A stretch of DNA of 64,000 bases, from the NCBI GenBank assembly GCA_030610945.1, contig JAUWQV010000002.1, positions 156,633 through 220,632 of the forward strand, written 5' to 3'. Position 1 is the stretch's first letter, and every line of letters starts with the position of its first letter. A program made the position numbers and the translations under genes. Under the pieces are notes generated by a model. The model was not told the DNA's origin. It made no database searches and saw only the letters and a program-made list of their open reading frames with translations. The DNA comes from Methanocellales archaeon (lineage in GTDB: Archaea; Halobacteriota; UBA148; JAUWXC01). Positions 10,664 through 21,111 of this stretch are shown piece after piece.

Positions 10664-11605
10664 ATGAAAGAATTATTATTACCTCGGGTTTTAGATGTAT
10701 TAAAACGCGCTGGATTTATTACGTCAGAACCATGTGAAGTTCGCCCCAGATGTTTTGATATGGTTGCAAGTAGGAGGCATGTATTACTATTGGTGAAGGT
10801 GCTTTTAAACATTGGCGGGTTAAGCATGGACTCTGCCAACGAGATGAGATGCCTTGCAGAGCGGCTTCACTGCTCCCCACTAATAGTTGGCAAGAGAACG
10901 TGCAACAAACCACTGGACAACGGCGTGGTATACCTCCGCTACGGCATCCCATCCATCAATCTGCAAACCCTGCACGACCTTTTTGTCTTTGAAATACCGC
11001 CATTGATTTACGCGGCGCCAGGCGGATTATACGTTAACATCGATGGCGATGCGCTGCAAGAAGCCAGAACGAGTCGGGGAATATCCCTTGGTGAGATTGC
11101 CTCGCAGTTAGGCGTGTCCAGAAGAGCCATCAACAAGTACGAAGAGGGCATGAATGCAACGATTGGAGTGGCGCTGAAACTCGAATCTTTTTTGAATATG
11201 GCATTGTCCCACCCCATAGACATCTTGCACCCAAGGTCCTATGATACGCCGTCACATAGCCAGAAGACCATATCTCCAGTTGAGCAGGCGGTCTTCATGA
11301 TGATGATTGATATTGGATTCGATGTGTTGCCCATGGTACAGGCACCGTTTAATGCACTGTCTCAAGACAAAACGGCCACAATACTCACAGGTGTCGGTAA
11401 ATATGGCAAGCATATGATCAAAAGGGCAAAACTGATGAGCAGCATATCAGATGTGACCGAGACGCAATCCGTGTTCATCATTGAAGGCACATCCAAGTCA
11501 TTACAAATAGACAATACCACCTTAGTCAAAAGAAGTGAGTTAGAATCCATGGAAGATTCAGATGAATTTGTTACGTTAATCCAGAGCAGAAAGATTGAAT
11601 TCTGA
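10664..11605 (+). CDS. Archaeal HTH (XRE-type) putative transcriptional regulator of about 310 aa
   Basis: A central HTH_3-like segment (SRGISLGEIASQLGVSRRAINKYEEG) sits in the architecture of the conserved euryarchaeal family of putative HTH-type regulators. Confidence 0.75.
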   Translation: MKELLLPRVLDVLKRAGFITSEPCEVRPRCFDMVASRRHVLLLVKVLLNIGGLSMDSANEMRCLAERLHCSPLIVGKRTCNKPLDNGVVYLRYGIPSINLQTLHDLFVFEIPPLIYAAPGGLYVNIDGDALQEARTSRGISLGEIASQLGVSRRAINKYEEGMNATIGVALKLESFLNMALSHPIDILHPRSYDTPSHSQKTISPVEQAVFMMMIDIGFDVLPMVQAPFNALSQDKTATILTGVGKYGKHMIKRAKLMSSISDVTETQSVFIIEGTSKSLQIDNTTLVKRSELESMEDSDEFVTLIQSRKIEF

Positions 11606-11610
11606 ATCCA

Positions 11611-11740
11611 GCTTTGCACCTTAAGTAGCAAAAACTTAGGACTTTAGGTGCAGAATAGGGAGTTTAGGTGCAACTTCCCGACTTTAAGTGCAAGTCAGAC
11701 TTTAAGTGCAAAGCTTCTGAATCCCCAAGTTATATATAGA
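11611..11740 (+). promoter_or_regulatory. Thermosome promoter region with four phased direct repeats ACTTTARGTGCA, one inverted copy and a TATA box
   Basis: The 12-nt repeats start at 11641, 11661, 11681 and 11699, giving spacings of 20, 20 and 18 bp. An inverted copy TGCACCTTAA lies at 11615-11624. The TATA box TTATATATA is at 11730-11738 and the RBS AAGGAGG at 11774-11780. Confidence 0.5.
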
Positions 11741-11786
11741 ACTACAAACATTCCTTTTCGCTATTATTCTATAAAGGAGGCAGTAA

Positions 11787-13412
11787 ATGGTAGGACAATT
11801 ATCCGGACAACCCGTATTAATTCTAAGAGAGGGTAGTCAGAGAACAAGGGGTAGAGAAGCCCAGAGCATGAATATCATGGCGGCAAGAGCCGTCGCAGAG
11901 GCGGTTAGGACGACATTGGGTCCAAAGGGCATGGACAAGATGCTCGTAGATTCCATGGGCGACGTCGTGATTACGAATGATGGCGTGACCATCTTAAAGG
12001 AAATGGACATCGAACATCCTGCGGCGAAGATGATGGTTGAGATTGCGAAGACCCAGGAGGATGAAGTTGGCGATGGCACTACAACTGCGGTGGTCCTAGC
12101 TGGAGAGTTGCTTAAAAAGGCAGAGGCACTCTTAGACCAAGATGTTCACCCAGTAATCATAGCCTCTGGTTATAGAATGGCAGCACAAAAATCATATGAA
12201 ATTTTGAATGCCATAGCATCACCTATAGCATCAGATGATGAAAGTGCACTGGAGAATGTTGCCAGTACTGCAATGACCGGAAAAGGGGCAGAGGCAGCAA
12301 AAACGCATCTCGCCAAATTGTGTGTGAAAGCTGTCCGGTCCATAGTTGAAGATGACACAGTTGATATAGATAACATTAAAGTCGAAAAGAGGGTCGGCGG
12401 AGGCATCGAAGACTCTGAACTCATAGAAGGAATGGTCATAGATAAGGAGAGGGTACACTCAAGCATGCCAAAAAAGGTCGAGAATGCAAAAATTCTGTTG
12501 CTTGATACTGCCATTGAATTAAAAGGAACCGAGATGGATGCCGAAATTTCAATAACATCTCCAGAACAGATGCAGGCATTCCTCGCTGAAGAAGAACGCA
12601 TGCTGAAGAAGATAGTAGATGCCATCAAGGACAGCGGCGCAAATGTCGTTTTCTGCCAGAAGGGCATTGATGATATGGCGCAGCACTATCTTGCCAAGGC
12701 AAGCATTTTAGTTGCAAGGAGAGTCAAGAAGTCGGATATAGATAAATTAGCCAAGGCAACCGGCGCCTCTATCATAACAAGGGCAGGCGATATCACTAAA
12801 GGTGACTTGGGCGAGGCTGGTTTAGTCGAAGAGAAAAAGGTGGCGGATGAAGATATGATTTTCGTCACGAAATGTAAGAATCCCAAGGCAGTATCCCTGA
12901 TTGTGCACGGTGGGACAGAGCACGTCGTTGACGAGGTCGATAGGGCTATACATGATGCACTGCGTGTCGTGGGCGTTGCAATAGAGGACAAAAAACTGGT
13001 TGCAGGAGGCGGTTCCTCTGAGGTAGAGATGGCGCTACAACTTCGGAAATATGCATCAACGGTCGGTGGCAGAGAACAACTTGCTATAGAGGCATTCGCA
13101 GACGCGCTGGAGGTTATCCCCCGAACATTAGCAGAAAACGCCGGTTTGAATACCATCGATTCCCTGGTGAGCCTACGCTCAAAACACGAAAAAGGAGATA
13201 AAAATGCCGGATTGGATGTCTACACTGGCAGTGTTATCGATATGCAGGAGGCTAACGTTCTTGAGCCTCTCCGCATAAAAACGCAGGCCATAGGTTCAGC
13301 TGCAGAATCGGCGGTTATGATTCTGAGAATCGATGATGTGATAGCCGCCAGTGGTTTGAGCAAAAAAATGCCGGAAATGCCGCCAGAAATGGGTGGCATG
13401 CCGCCGATGTAG
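11787..13412 (+). CDS. ths: Thermosome subunit (group II chaperonin)
   Basis: The ORF is 541 aa with the motifs [25 protein letters not shown] and VAGGG, and a C-terminal GGMPPM tail. Confidence 0.97.
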   Translation: MVGQLSGQPVLILREGSQRTRGREAQSMNIMAARAVAEAVRTTLGPKGMDKMLVDSMGDVVITNDGVTILKEMDIEHPAAKMMVEIAKTQEDEVGDGTTTAVVLAGELLKKAEALLDQDVHPVIIASGYRMAAQKSYEILNAIASPIASDDESALENVASTAMTGKGAEAAKTHLAKLCVKAVRSIVEDDTVDIDNIKVEKRVGGGIEDSELIEGMVIDKERVHSSMPKKVENAKILLLDTAIELKGTEMDAEISITSPEQMQAFLAEEERMLKKIVDAIKDSGANVVFCQKGIDDMAQHYLAKASILVARRVKKSDIDKLAKATGASIITRAGDITKGDLGEAGLVEEKKVADEDMIFVTKCKNPKAVSLIVHGGTEHVVDEVDRAIHDALRVVGVAIEDKKLVAGGGSSEVEMALQLRKYASTVGGREQLAIEAFADALEVIPRTLAENAGLNTIDSLVSLRSKHEKGDKNAGLDVYTGSVIDMQEANVLEPLRIKTQAIGSAAESAVMILRIDDVIAASGLSKKMPEMPPEMGGMPPM

Positions 13413-13505
13413 TAGAAAGGTGGATGAAGCGCTCTGACAGCTTTGAAGATTTGGCAGAGAAAAGGATAATTAAGAGAAAGGAGCAAGATAGAACAAGAAG
13501 GCCAA

Positions 13506-13524
13506 AGTGGGACGTATGCCCACT
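13506..13524. terminator. Hairpin between the convergent ths and aCPSF1 genes
   Basis: AGTGGG-ACGTATG-CCCACT forms a 6-bp stem and is followed by GTTT. Archaeal termination does not require hairpins, so this call is weak. Confidence 0.3.
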
Positions 13525-13541
13525 GTTTGATCTGTGTGACT

Positions 13542-15446
13542 TTAGATAAGTCGTATCGTCTCCAAGTTCATTGGCACTCTTGTCTCTATTTTATATTTCT
13601 TGTACAATGAACTCGCAAGGTCCAAGCACTTGCTTTCCTCACCATGGCTGAGGAATATGCGCTCAGGGCAGGGGTTCATTCTCCTGACGAAATTCATTAA
13701 CTGTCGTCGATCAGAGTGACCAGAGAACCCATCAACTGTCTCGACATCCATATTAACCTTGATAGTTTCTGTCTTTCCTTCTATTGAAAATGGGAGTTCT
13801 TTCCATCCCTTTTGAATTCTTCTTCCCAATGTCCCCTCTGCCTGGTAGCCTACGAATACGAGCGTGTTTCGCTCATCAGGAGCGAACGCTTTGAGATACT
13901 CCATCACAGGCCCACCATTCAACATGCCCGATGTAGCAAGTATAACGCAAGGGTCACCATTGATAATATCCCGACGTTTATTTGATTTGACCCGAATAAA
14001 ATTATCTGATAAAAATGGATTTAACCCTTTATGGAAGATTTGCGTCCTCAATTCACTATTTAGGTACTCAGGATGCGTAGTATGAATCGCAGTTGCCTCC
14101 CAGATCATGCCATCCAGGTATACTGACACATCGCCGAGAACGCCCGTTCTAATTGCCTCCTCTAACACAATCATGACTTCCTGGCTTCTACCCACGGCAA
14201 AGGCTGGTATCAAAACCTTGCCCCCCCTATCAATCGTCTGCTTTACGACAGTGTGAAGCTTATGTTCCGCTTCCCTGCGAGATGGTTGATAGTCCCTGGC
14301 ACCGCCATATGTAGATTCCATTACCAGCGCCTCTAATCTTGGAAAATCATTTACTGCTGGATCAAAGAGCCTTGTTGGCTCATATTTAAAATCGCCGGTA
14401 AAGGCAATATTGTATAGACCCTCACCGATGTGAAAATGCGCTATCGATGACCCGAGAATATGCCCCGCATTATAGAATGTTAACCTGATGTCCGGCGCAA
14501 TGTCGGTGACTTCCCCATAGTTTAACATGATTGTATGTTTGAGCGCCTCTCTAATCATCGCAGAGTCATAAGGCGCCTTTTTACCCTCTCTGACTGCCAC
14601 TTCGATGTAATCCAGTTGCAGTAATAACGCCAAATCTCTGGTAGGCGGGGTTAAATAAAGAGGGCCATCGTAACCATATTTGTACAACAAGGGCAATAAA
14701 CCAGAATGGTCCAAATGAGCATGTGTGAGAACTACCGCATCAATCTGATTAATCGGACTGACCTCCGGCGCATATAGATATGGAGTTCCGTTATTCTCTG
14801 ATCCAAGATTAACACCACAATCAATCAGAACCCTTGTCTCAGGCGTTGATAATAAGTATGAACTTCTTCCTACCTCTCTGCAGCCGCCCAGAGCTGTTAT
14901 GCGTATCCACGAATCCTTAGAGGTTAAATCCCTGTGGATTTTTTTACCAATTTGCCTTAAAATTGTTTTTCTGGCCTTACTCTCAACGCGCATGTACTGG
15001 CGTATATTTTTTATGATAGACGACTCGATGGGAGGTGTCCTTACCACTTTTGGTGACCATCCAATGCTCTTCGTAATATCCCTGAGCATGGCACCATGCC
15101 GCCCTATAACCAATCCCGGCTTTTCTGCCTCGATGACAACTTCACCTCTATCCATATCAAAGAAATAATCAGTAATTTTGGCTTCTGCCGGAACGATTTG
15201 TTCGATCTTTTTGATGGCATCGTCGGGCTCGGCAAGAACTTCTGGGTCTGGCCGCACAGTGATTCGCTTGCGTATATCCTTAGCAAGCGTCCTGATTATA
15301 TCCCCATTATCTGCAAATTTCCGAGGCTCTTTTGTGTACAGAACAAGTTCCGGCCCCTCAAACTCGAGGCTAGATATAGTTATGCCTACCGGTAATCTCT
15401 TTTGAATTTTCTCTTTGAGCTCGCTTAAAACTTCTTCTACCGTCAT
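13542..15446 (-). CDS. fttA: aCPSF1/FttA: KH-domain beta-CASP metallo-beta-lactamase ribonuclease (archaeal transcription termination factor)
   Basis: The ORF is 634 aa with N-terminal KH domains, an HAHLDHSG motif and a beta-CASP region ending in ...SGHSDRRQL...HGE. Confidence 0.93.
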   Translation of the reverse strand: MTVEEVLSELKEKIQKRLPVGITISSLEFEGPELVLYTKEPRKFADNGDIIRTLAKDIRKRITVRPDPEVLAEPDDAIKKIEQIVPAEAKITDYFFDMDRGEVVIEAEKPGLVIGRHGAMLRDITKSIGWSPKVVRTPPIESSIIKNIRQYMRVESKARKTILRQIGKKIHRDLTSKDSWIRITALGGCREVGRSSYLLSTPETRVLIDCGVNLGSENNGTPYLYAPEVSPINQIDAVVLTHAHLDHSGLLPLLYKYGYDGPLYLTPPTRDLALLLQLDYIEVAVREGKKAPYDSAMIREALKHTIMLNYGEVTDIAPDIRLTFYNAGHILGSSIAHFHIGEGLYNIAFTGDFKYEPTRLFDPAVNDFPRLEALVMESTYGGARDYQPSRREAEHKLHTVVKQTIDRGGKVLIPAFAVGRSQEVMIVLEEAIRTGVLGDVSVYLDGMIWEATAIHTTHPEYLNSELRTQIFHKGLNPFLSDNFIRVKSNKRRDIINGDPCVILATSGMLNGGPVMEYLKAFAPDERNTLVFVGYQAEGTLGRRIQKGWKELPFSIEGKTETIKVNMDVETVDGFSGHSDRRQLMNFVRRMNPCPERIFLSHGEESKCLDLASSLYKKYKIETRVPMNLETIRLI

Positions 15447-15496
15447 TGAGTTTTTCTCTCGATTCTGTATTGATATATAAATAAAAATAAAAACAA

Positions 15497-16129
15497 CTAC
15501 GTCAATGGACTCGCCCTTTTGGAGAGTTCTTCTTCACCTAAGACTCTATATTTATCTGGCGTGATCGTGACTACCTCTATTCCATCACCAGAGGCGGCGT
15601 CTCGCTTGATGGCAGCGTGTAGCGCCCGTATTGCCAGGTTGACGCCTTCGTCCAACGACATGTTGTCTTTATATCTGTCTTCTAAGATGCCATATGCAAT
15701 AGGTGAACCCGAGCCCGTAGCAACCACTTTTGTTTCCTCTATCTGACCGCCCAGTGGGTCCAACGAGAAGAGACGTGACCCTTTGGTATCAACCCCTCCA
15801 ATAATCAGCTGGGTCATATATGGAAAATATCTCTGTGTGCTCAGGATATTAGATAACAGTGTAGAAACTGCACCAACTGCCATGGGCTCCCCTCTTCGAA
15901 TCTTATAGAGTTTTGCTTCTATTGTAATTATCCTCGCCAGAACCTGGGCATCACCAACCGCACCTGCAGTAGTCATGCCAATTCGATCGTCAACCTGGTA
16001 TATCTTTTTCGCGTCTCTACTCGCGATGAAAGTGCCCATAGTCGCTCTTTTTTCGCTTGCCAATACAACGCCGTTACCACAGACTAAGCCAACCGTAGTG
16101 GTTCCTTTGTATCTATTGTCGCTAACCAT
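15497..16129 (-). CDS. psmB: Proteasome beta subunit
   Basis: The ORF is 210 aa. A propeptide is followed by the catalytic [21 protein letters not shown] sequence. Confidence 0.95.
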   Translation of the reverse strand: MVSDNRYKGTTTVGLVCGNGVVLASEKRATMGTFIASRDAKKIYQVDDRIGMTTAGAVGDAQVLARIITIEAKLYKIRRGEPMAVGAVSTLLSNILSTQRYFPYMTQLIIGGVDTKGSRLFSLDPLGGQIEETKVVATGSGSPIAYGILEDRYKDNMSLDEGVNLAIRALHAAIKRDAASGDGIEVVTITPDKYRVLGEEELSKRASPLT

Positions 16130-16320
16130 CTTTATCCCCTTTAATCAAAACCAGGAAAACCAGTTACATACTCCTTAGTCATTTCCATATTTAAGCCTTG
16201 CTATGCAATGCCATCTTTAAAATCGCAAATCCTAAACCCCCTCTTAGTTCCATAAAAACTATCAAAGAAGCATATAATATGGAGACGAAATATAAATATG
16301 AGTAATAGGATAATGGCATC

Positions 16321-16557
16321 ATGAATTTGATAGGAAAGTACATGGAAAATGTACTTGTATTCTCCGCCAAGGCATTTAACGAGGCACATCAACAAAGCCT
16401 GAAAGCAACACATACGCCTGAGCAGGAATTGACTATAAGAGCATATGATGCGATAAAAAATCTTGAGACAAAAGGACACGAAATAGACCTAATCATCGTA
16501 CTTATGGGACAAATGATCATCCTGTACGGGAATGATAAATACATTGTGATAAAATGA
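16321..16557 (+). CDS. Hypothetical small protein
   Basis: The 78-aa ORF has a 4-nt ATGA overlap with the next ORF. I recognise no family. Confidence 0.3.
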   Translation: MNLIGKYMENVLVFSAKAFNEAHQQSLKATHTPEQELTIRAYDAIKNLETKGHEIDLIIVLMGQMIILYGNDKYIVIK

Positions 16558-16838
16558 ATCCTGATTTCACGCGCCTTGCAATTTGGATGTGTGCATTCTT
16601 TGCAATAACGTTGACCGCGAGGTTCATCTTTTTAGTTAGAAATATCATGCAATCCGGCAGAAAGGCAATCAGGGATGTGCTACGACAATCAGGCGGCGAG
16701 ATATTTTACTTTGATATGGTGGAACAAACTGGTTTTTCCAAGGCAAGGATTGAGATTTTGCTCAGGGACATGGAGAGAAAGGGCATGATCCAAAGGGTTC
16801 CGCAGGGAGAAGACATTTTGATCAAACTCATCGAGTGA
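16554..16838 (+). CDS. Membrane-anchored winged-helix-like protein
   Basis: The 94-aa ORF has one N-terminal TM helix. A wHTH-like segment follows (MVEQTGFSKARIEILLRDMERKGMIQRV). Confidence 0.45.
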   Translation: MNPDFTRLAIWMCAFFAITLTARFIFLVRNIMQSGRKAIRDVLRQSGGEIFYFDMVEQTGFSKARIEILLRDMERKGMIQRVPQGEDILIKLIE

Positions 16839-17344
16839 TGGTTGTGAGATTCGTAGTTGACAGGATGTTGGGTAAACTGACCACTTGGCTCAGGTTGCTC
16901 GGTTATGATGTGGTCAGCGCAAGCGATTTTGACCTGAGTGCGGAAGAGGATGACCTGTTATTGAACCTGACAAAAGAGGGAAGAATTCTTCTCACGAGAG
17001 ATAGGGCGATTAGGTCAAAAGCGGAGAAACAGGGCATGCCGATTTGTTTCATCCACTCTGACATGGCGATAGAGCAACTGGAAGAAGTGTATTCCTGCTG
17101 CAATATTCAGCTGGAGCCAAAAATAAGCAGGTGCACGATATGCAATACCTCCATCAGAAAGGCAAGAGCAGAAGATGAAGACGCACTAAGAAAAAAGGAT
17201 TATGTACCGGACAGACTGATTGGCACCATCGATTTCTGGGTGTGTGATAACTGCGGGCAGGTCTACTGGGAAGGCAGCCACTGGGATAACATTAGAAAAA
17301 GGATGGATGAGTTAAAGAAGAAGTTATCGCTGAAGATTTTATAA
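16838..17344 (+). CDS. Mut7-C (DUF82) PIN-like RNase domain protein with C-terminal Zn ribbon
   Basis: The ORF shows FVVDRMLGKLTTWLRLLGYD, LLTRDR and CTICN...CDNCGQVYWEGSHW. The ATG at 16838 overlaps the upstream TGA. The track ORF starts at a GTG at 16835. Confidence 0.8.
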   Translation: MVVRFVVDRMLGKLTTWLRLLGYDVVSASDFDLSAEEDDLLLNLTKEGRILLTRDRAIRSKAEKQGMPICFIHSDMAIEQLEEVYSCCNIQLEPKISRCTICNTSIRKARAEDEDALRKKDYVPDRLIGTIDFWVCDNCGQVYWEGSHWDNIRKRMDELKKKLSLKIL

Positions 17345-17540
17345 CTACCTTCTGGGGGGGGCGTTGCCAGTGAGATAAAAAGGAGGTGAAAAGTTAGAAA
17401 AACTCTGCCAAATTAAGAAGTTCGCTTTAACCCCCAGATTAGATGCTAAAACGAGCGAAAAATTCGATAAATAGTCGTTAAATACAATAAATTCAGAGCC
17501 CCTCGATAAATTTATATTCTTACTCTAATTCTAATAAATT

Positions 17541-18197
17541 ATGGATGTTAGAAAATCAATCAATCAATTTTTAAATGGACAAGGCAAAAACAAAGGAAGA
17601 TTGCCTAATGAAAGATATGCTTCCTTTGATTATTGTTACAATTATTTTTATTCATTCTATAAAGAGAATAAACTTAGCGAGTTATCAAATGATAAAAATT
17701 TACAGATAAGTTGTTTACAATTAGGTTTTTATCTCGCTAGCTGGGGGATGATGAGGGGGTCGTCTTTTCTGCTTGAAAAAAGCGTAAAAAATTATACAAA
17801 ATTAATAATCGCGATTTCTAACATGGATCGAAAATTATTGGAAATTGATGTAGACAATTACACTGAAGAAAATATTAATCTCTTGTTAGATTGTAAACAA
17901 CGAATTATAGACGCTCTTGGTAAAGAGAATAATCCGAGTGATACGTTAGTAACAAAAATAATGTTGGGTGTTTTTGCTAATATTCCTGCTTTTGATCAGT
18001 ACGTTAAAAAAAGTTTGAAAGTTTATTCGGTTAGCAAGAAATCATTATTAAAAATAAAAGAGTTTTACGAGAGAAACAAATCTATCTTTGACTCCTTTGA
18101 AATTCACACCTTTGATTTTTTAAGTTCTAAAGAGACAAATGTAGTATATACAAAAGCAAAATTGATTGATATGTGTGGTTTTATGGATGGGCAGTAA
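17541..18197 (+). CDS. Hypothetical protein (orphan in an AT-rich islet)
   Basis: The 218-aa ORF is uninterrupted in very AT-rich DNA and has a Lys/Asn/Ile-rich composition. I recognise no family. One distinctive motif is ERYASFDYCYNYFYSF. Confidence 0.55.
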   Translation: MDVRKSINQFLNGQGKNKGRLPNERYASFDYCYNYFYSFYKENKLSELSNDKNLQISCLQLGFYLASWGMMRGSSFLLEKSVKNYTKLIIAISNMDRKLLEIDVDNYTEENINLLLDCKQRIIDALGKENNPSDTLVTKIMLGVFANIPAFDQYVKKSLKVYSVSKKSLLKIKEFYERNKSIFDSFEIHTFDFLSSKETNVVYTKAKLIDMCGFMDGQ

Positions 18198-18212
18198 CGG
18201 GGCTCATGAATA

Positions 18213-19625
18213 CTAATACGTCCTCGCCATCAGCACGACCTTGTCGGCATCTTTGCCACAGACAGGGCATTTTCCTTTTTTGGTCTGCGCCAATTCGCCC
18301 AGTACATCTGCACCAGTGCCATCCTCCATCTTTATGCCGCATTGCTCATCGCCGCACCAGTTGACTCTGGCAATGCCCTTTTTGACCGCAGTTTTTACCT
18401 CGCTTAACGTAGCACACTCAACAACTCTTTCATCGAATGATTTTTTGGCTCTCACACAGAGATTCGCGTGTATGTCTTTCAGTTTTTGGTTAATTGCTGG
18501 AACTAAGTCGGGCACAGGTATAGAAGTCTTCTCAGATGTGTCTCTTCGCACAAGCGTCACTGAATTGGATTTCAAATCGCGCGGCCCTACCTCTATTCGC
18601 AGGGGAACGCCTTTCATCTCCCACTTGTAGAACTTCGCACCTGGCCTCTCATCCGAGCTGTCCAACGCCGCGCGGAATCCTGCATCGCTAAGCATCTTGT
18701 GAACACGCTTGGATGCCTCGAGCACATCTTTTCCTTTGCCAAATGGAATTGGGATGACCACAACCTGAATCGGCGCGACCTCTGGCGGAAAGACCAGGCC
18801 CTTATCGTCGCCATGTATCGCGATGACTGCCGCTATGCATCGCTCAGAGATGCCATAACATGTCTGATGGACGTATTGCTGCTCCCCATTCACATCCTCG
18901 TACGTGATGTCAAATGTTTTGGCAAAATTGGAACCTAGGTGGTGAATCGTGCCTATCTGTAGCGTTTTGCCGTCAGGCATGAGTGTATCAACTGCAATCG
19001 AGTAATCCGCACCAGGAAACTTGTCCCAGTTCGGGCGTTTCGTGATAATATACGGGATCGCCAACCTGTCATAGAACTCGGAATAAATTCGCATGGCTTC
19101 ATGTACCTGCTTTTCTGCAGCTTCCCATGTAGTATGAGCGGTGTGCGCCTCTTTGAACGATGTAATCTCCCTCACGCGAATAAGCGGCCTGGTATGCTTT
19201 GTTTCATAGCGGAACGTGTTCACTATCTGGTACATCTTCAACGGCAAATCCGCATGAGAGCGTATCCATAATTTAAACATGGGATAAATCGCAGTTTCGG
19301 ATGTGGGACGCAGCGCAAGTGGAACGTCTAAGGGCGTGGTTCCACCTTTTGTAACCCAGTAAACCTCTTCTTCAAATCCCTTGATGTGTTCGGCCTCTTT
19401 CATGAACTCGGTTTCTGGAATGAGCAGTGGGAAAAGCGCCTCTTGGTGGTCCACATCCAGCAACGACCTGAGAATCAAATACACCTTGTTTTTGAGGACC
19501 AAACCGAAGGGATGCCACACACAAAGCCCTTTTATAGGGTACCGGACATCTACAATCCCTGCCATTGACAGTATCTCACTGTACCATTCGCTGAAATTCG
19601 CTTTTTTAGGGAGTGCTTTTGCCAC
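18213..19625 (-). CDS. proS: Prolyl-tRNA synthetase (archaeal/eukaryal type)
   Basis: The ORF is 470 aa with class II aaRS motifs ([24 protein letters not shown]) and a C-terminal Zn-binding CGDEQCG...CPVCG. Confidence 0.95.
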   Translation of the reverse strand: MAKALPKKANFSEWYSEILSMAGIVDVRYPIKGLCVWHPFGLVLKNKVYLILRSLLDVDHQEALFPLLIPETEFMKEAEHIKGFEEEVYWVTKGGTTPLDVPLALRPTSETAIYPMFKLWIRSHADLPLKMYQIVNTFRYETKHTRPLIRVREITSFKEAHTAHTTWEAAEKQVHEAMRIYSEFYDRLAIPYIITKRPNWDKFPGADYSIAVDTLMPDGKTLQIGTIHHLGSNFAKTFDITYEDVNGEQQYVHQTCYGISERCIAAVIAIHGDDKGLVFPPEVAPIQVVVIPIPFGKGKDVLEASKRVHKMLSDAGFRAALDSSDERPGAKFYKWEMKGVPLRIEVGPRDLKSNSVTLVRRDTSEKTSIPVPDLVPAINQKLKDIHANLCVRAKKSFDERVVECATLSEVKTAVKKGIARVNWCGDEQCGIKMEDGTGADVLGELAQTKKGKCPVCGKDADKVVLMARTY

Positions 19626-19677
19626 GAAATCACCTGTTACAAACTCTTAAGGGGGCCATAAGATATATCATTTTTAC

Positions 19678-20274
19678 TCATATGACAAGTGCTGTCTCAA
19701 TGGCGGCTGCGACGAACAAGAGCGGCAGAATCCAGAAGGCATATATTCTAAGACCGTCTATGAGCGTCTTTTTGATAGCCCCCTCTCCCAGGAGCTTTTT
19801 GATAGTCTCATGACCAAGGCGGATGCCGATAGCAGCACTCAAGAGGACCATTGGAATTTCAATAACTCCATGCGGAAGAATATTGAGCAGGACGAGTGCG
19901 ATTCCATGTTTCTGGCTTACTGCGCAGATTACTGCGCCAACTATGAACCCGTTATACATGAGAAACACTATTGGGATAATGCCAAATAAAATTCCCAATA
20001 GTATTACAGCAAAACATAGAACCGAGTTTTGCGCAAAAATTCTGAGCATTAACAATAACGGGGGGAGTTCGACCAATGCACCAAACTGGCTGCTCAACTT
20101 GTTCATCAATTCGGCTGAGAATCCTGGACTAAGAGCCGCGCATCTATATCCAGTCACCGTGGATGCTGCAAAAACCAGCACCGCCAAGAGCAAATGATAC
20201 CTCATAGTAACAATATATTCTTGAAATTCCTCGTGCGTTGGCCTGTGTATTAGCATGATAGATTCACACCCCAA
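19678..20274 (-). CDS. SpoIIM-like (DUF95) integral membrane protein
   Basis: The 198-aa ORF is multi-TM with an HGVIEIPMVLLSAAIG motif. Confidence 0.65.
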   Translation of the reverse strand: MGCESIMLIHRPTHEEFQEYIVTMRYHLLLAVLVFAASTVTGYRCAALSPGFSAELMNKLSSQFGALVELPPLLLMLRIFAQNSVLCFAVILLGILFGIIPIVFLMYNGFIVGAVICAVSQKHGIALVLLNILPHGVIEIPMVLLSAAIGIRLGHETIKKLLGEGAIKKTLIDGLRIYAFWILPLLFVAAAIETALVI

Positions 20275-21100
20275 GCATCATTCTGAGCACATTTCTCGTT
20301 CCAGGAGCAAGTCCGAGAACCAGAATCGCAAGTTTTGCCATGTTTTTAAGGTCGTCGTCTTCGCCCAGATATGAATCGATAAAGAACAATGCCGGAATGA
20401 TTACCGCGACTTTCAGCGGGTACATTACCAGTGCAGTTCCACACAGCTTTGTCAAGAGTGCGCTCAATACGTGCTTCTCCACATATCCCATGCAATTTAC
20501 CCCTATAAATGTAGAAGATGCGTCAAACATATGCGCCCAGATGATGAGTGTATTAAGTCCATCCGACAGGAAATGAATGCGTAAACTTCTGGCAGTGGCG
20601 TAAATTATGGCGGCTAAAAGCGTGGCGATGCTAATGGCCGCAAATGGTATCCAAGCAAAAAGGATTTCCTGGTTCCATAATAGGGCAGCCAGACACAGCA
20701 GTGCCCAGAACGCCCCAATGGAGGCAAAGACTGGCTCAATGTTATCTATCTTGCCGGCACTACGCAATCGTGCCAGCGCCAGCAATACGCCAGCACATCC
20801 AGCAAATACGACGAAGTATATCAGCGGTGTTACGAACAGATAACTCAAAGGGGATGGAAATAACTCTGCGTCCTCCATGACCCTGAGCATGCTGCCAACA
20901 AGGACGTACGGCACGGTCGCAAGTACAAACCGCCGACCTACGCCAATGTCCAATTTTTCCAGTAACTTTAATAGTCCAAAGAGGCTAATGCCTAACAAAA
21001 TGCCCCATGTTAATGTATTCACAGGGTTATATCCTGCATCATACACAACGGGGTTAATGTAGTATTTGACGATGAAATCTTGGATTAATAGAAGACTCAT
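20264..21100 (-). CDS. DUF63-family archaeal membrane protein
   Basis: The 278-aa ORF is polytopic. Its N-terminus YYINPVVYDAGYNPVNTLTWGILLG is typical of DUF63. Confidence 0.7.
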   Translation of the reverse strand: MSLLLIQDFIVKYYINPVVYDAGYNPVNTLTWGILLGISLFGLLKLLEKLDIGVGRRFVLATVPYVLVGSMLRVMEDAELFPSPLSYLFVTPLIYFVVFAGCAGVLLALARLRSAGKIDNIEPVFASIGAFWALLCLAALLWNQEILFAWIPFAAISIATLLAAIIYATARSLRIHFLSDGLNTLIIWAHMFDASSTFIGVNCMGYVEKHVLSALLTKLCGTALVMYPLKVAVIIPALFFIDSYLGEDDDLKNMAKLAILVLGLAPGTRNVLRMMLGV

Positions 21101-21111
21101 GAGGTGTCAAT

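Noticed and set aside
11648-11836. 62-aa plus-strand ORF in front of the thermosome gene
   Set aside because: It is made of the repeat array, the TATA box and the RBS of the ths promoter, and it overlaps the ths start. It has no coding character.
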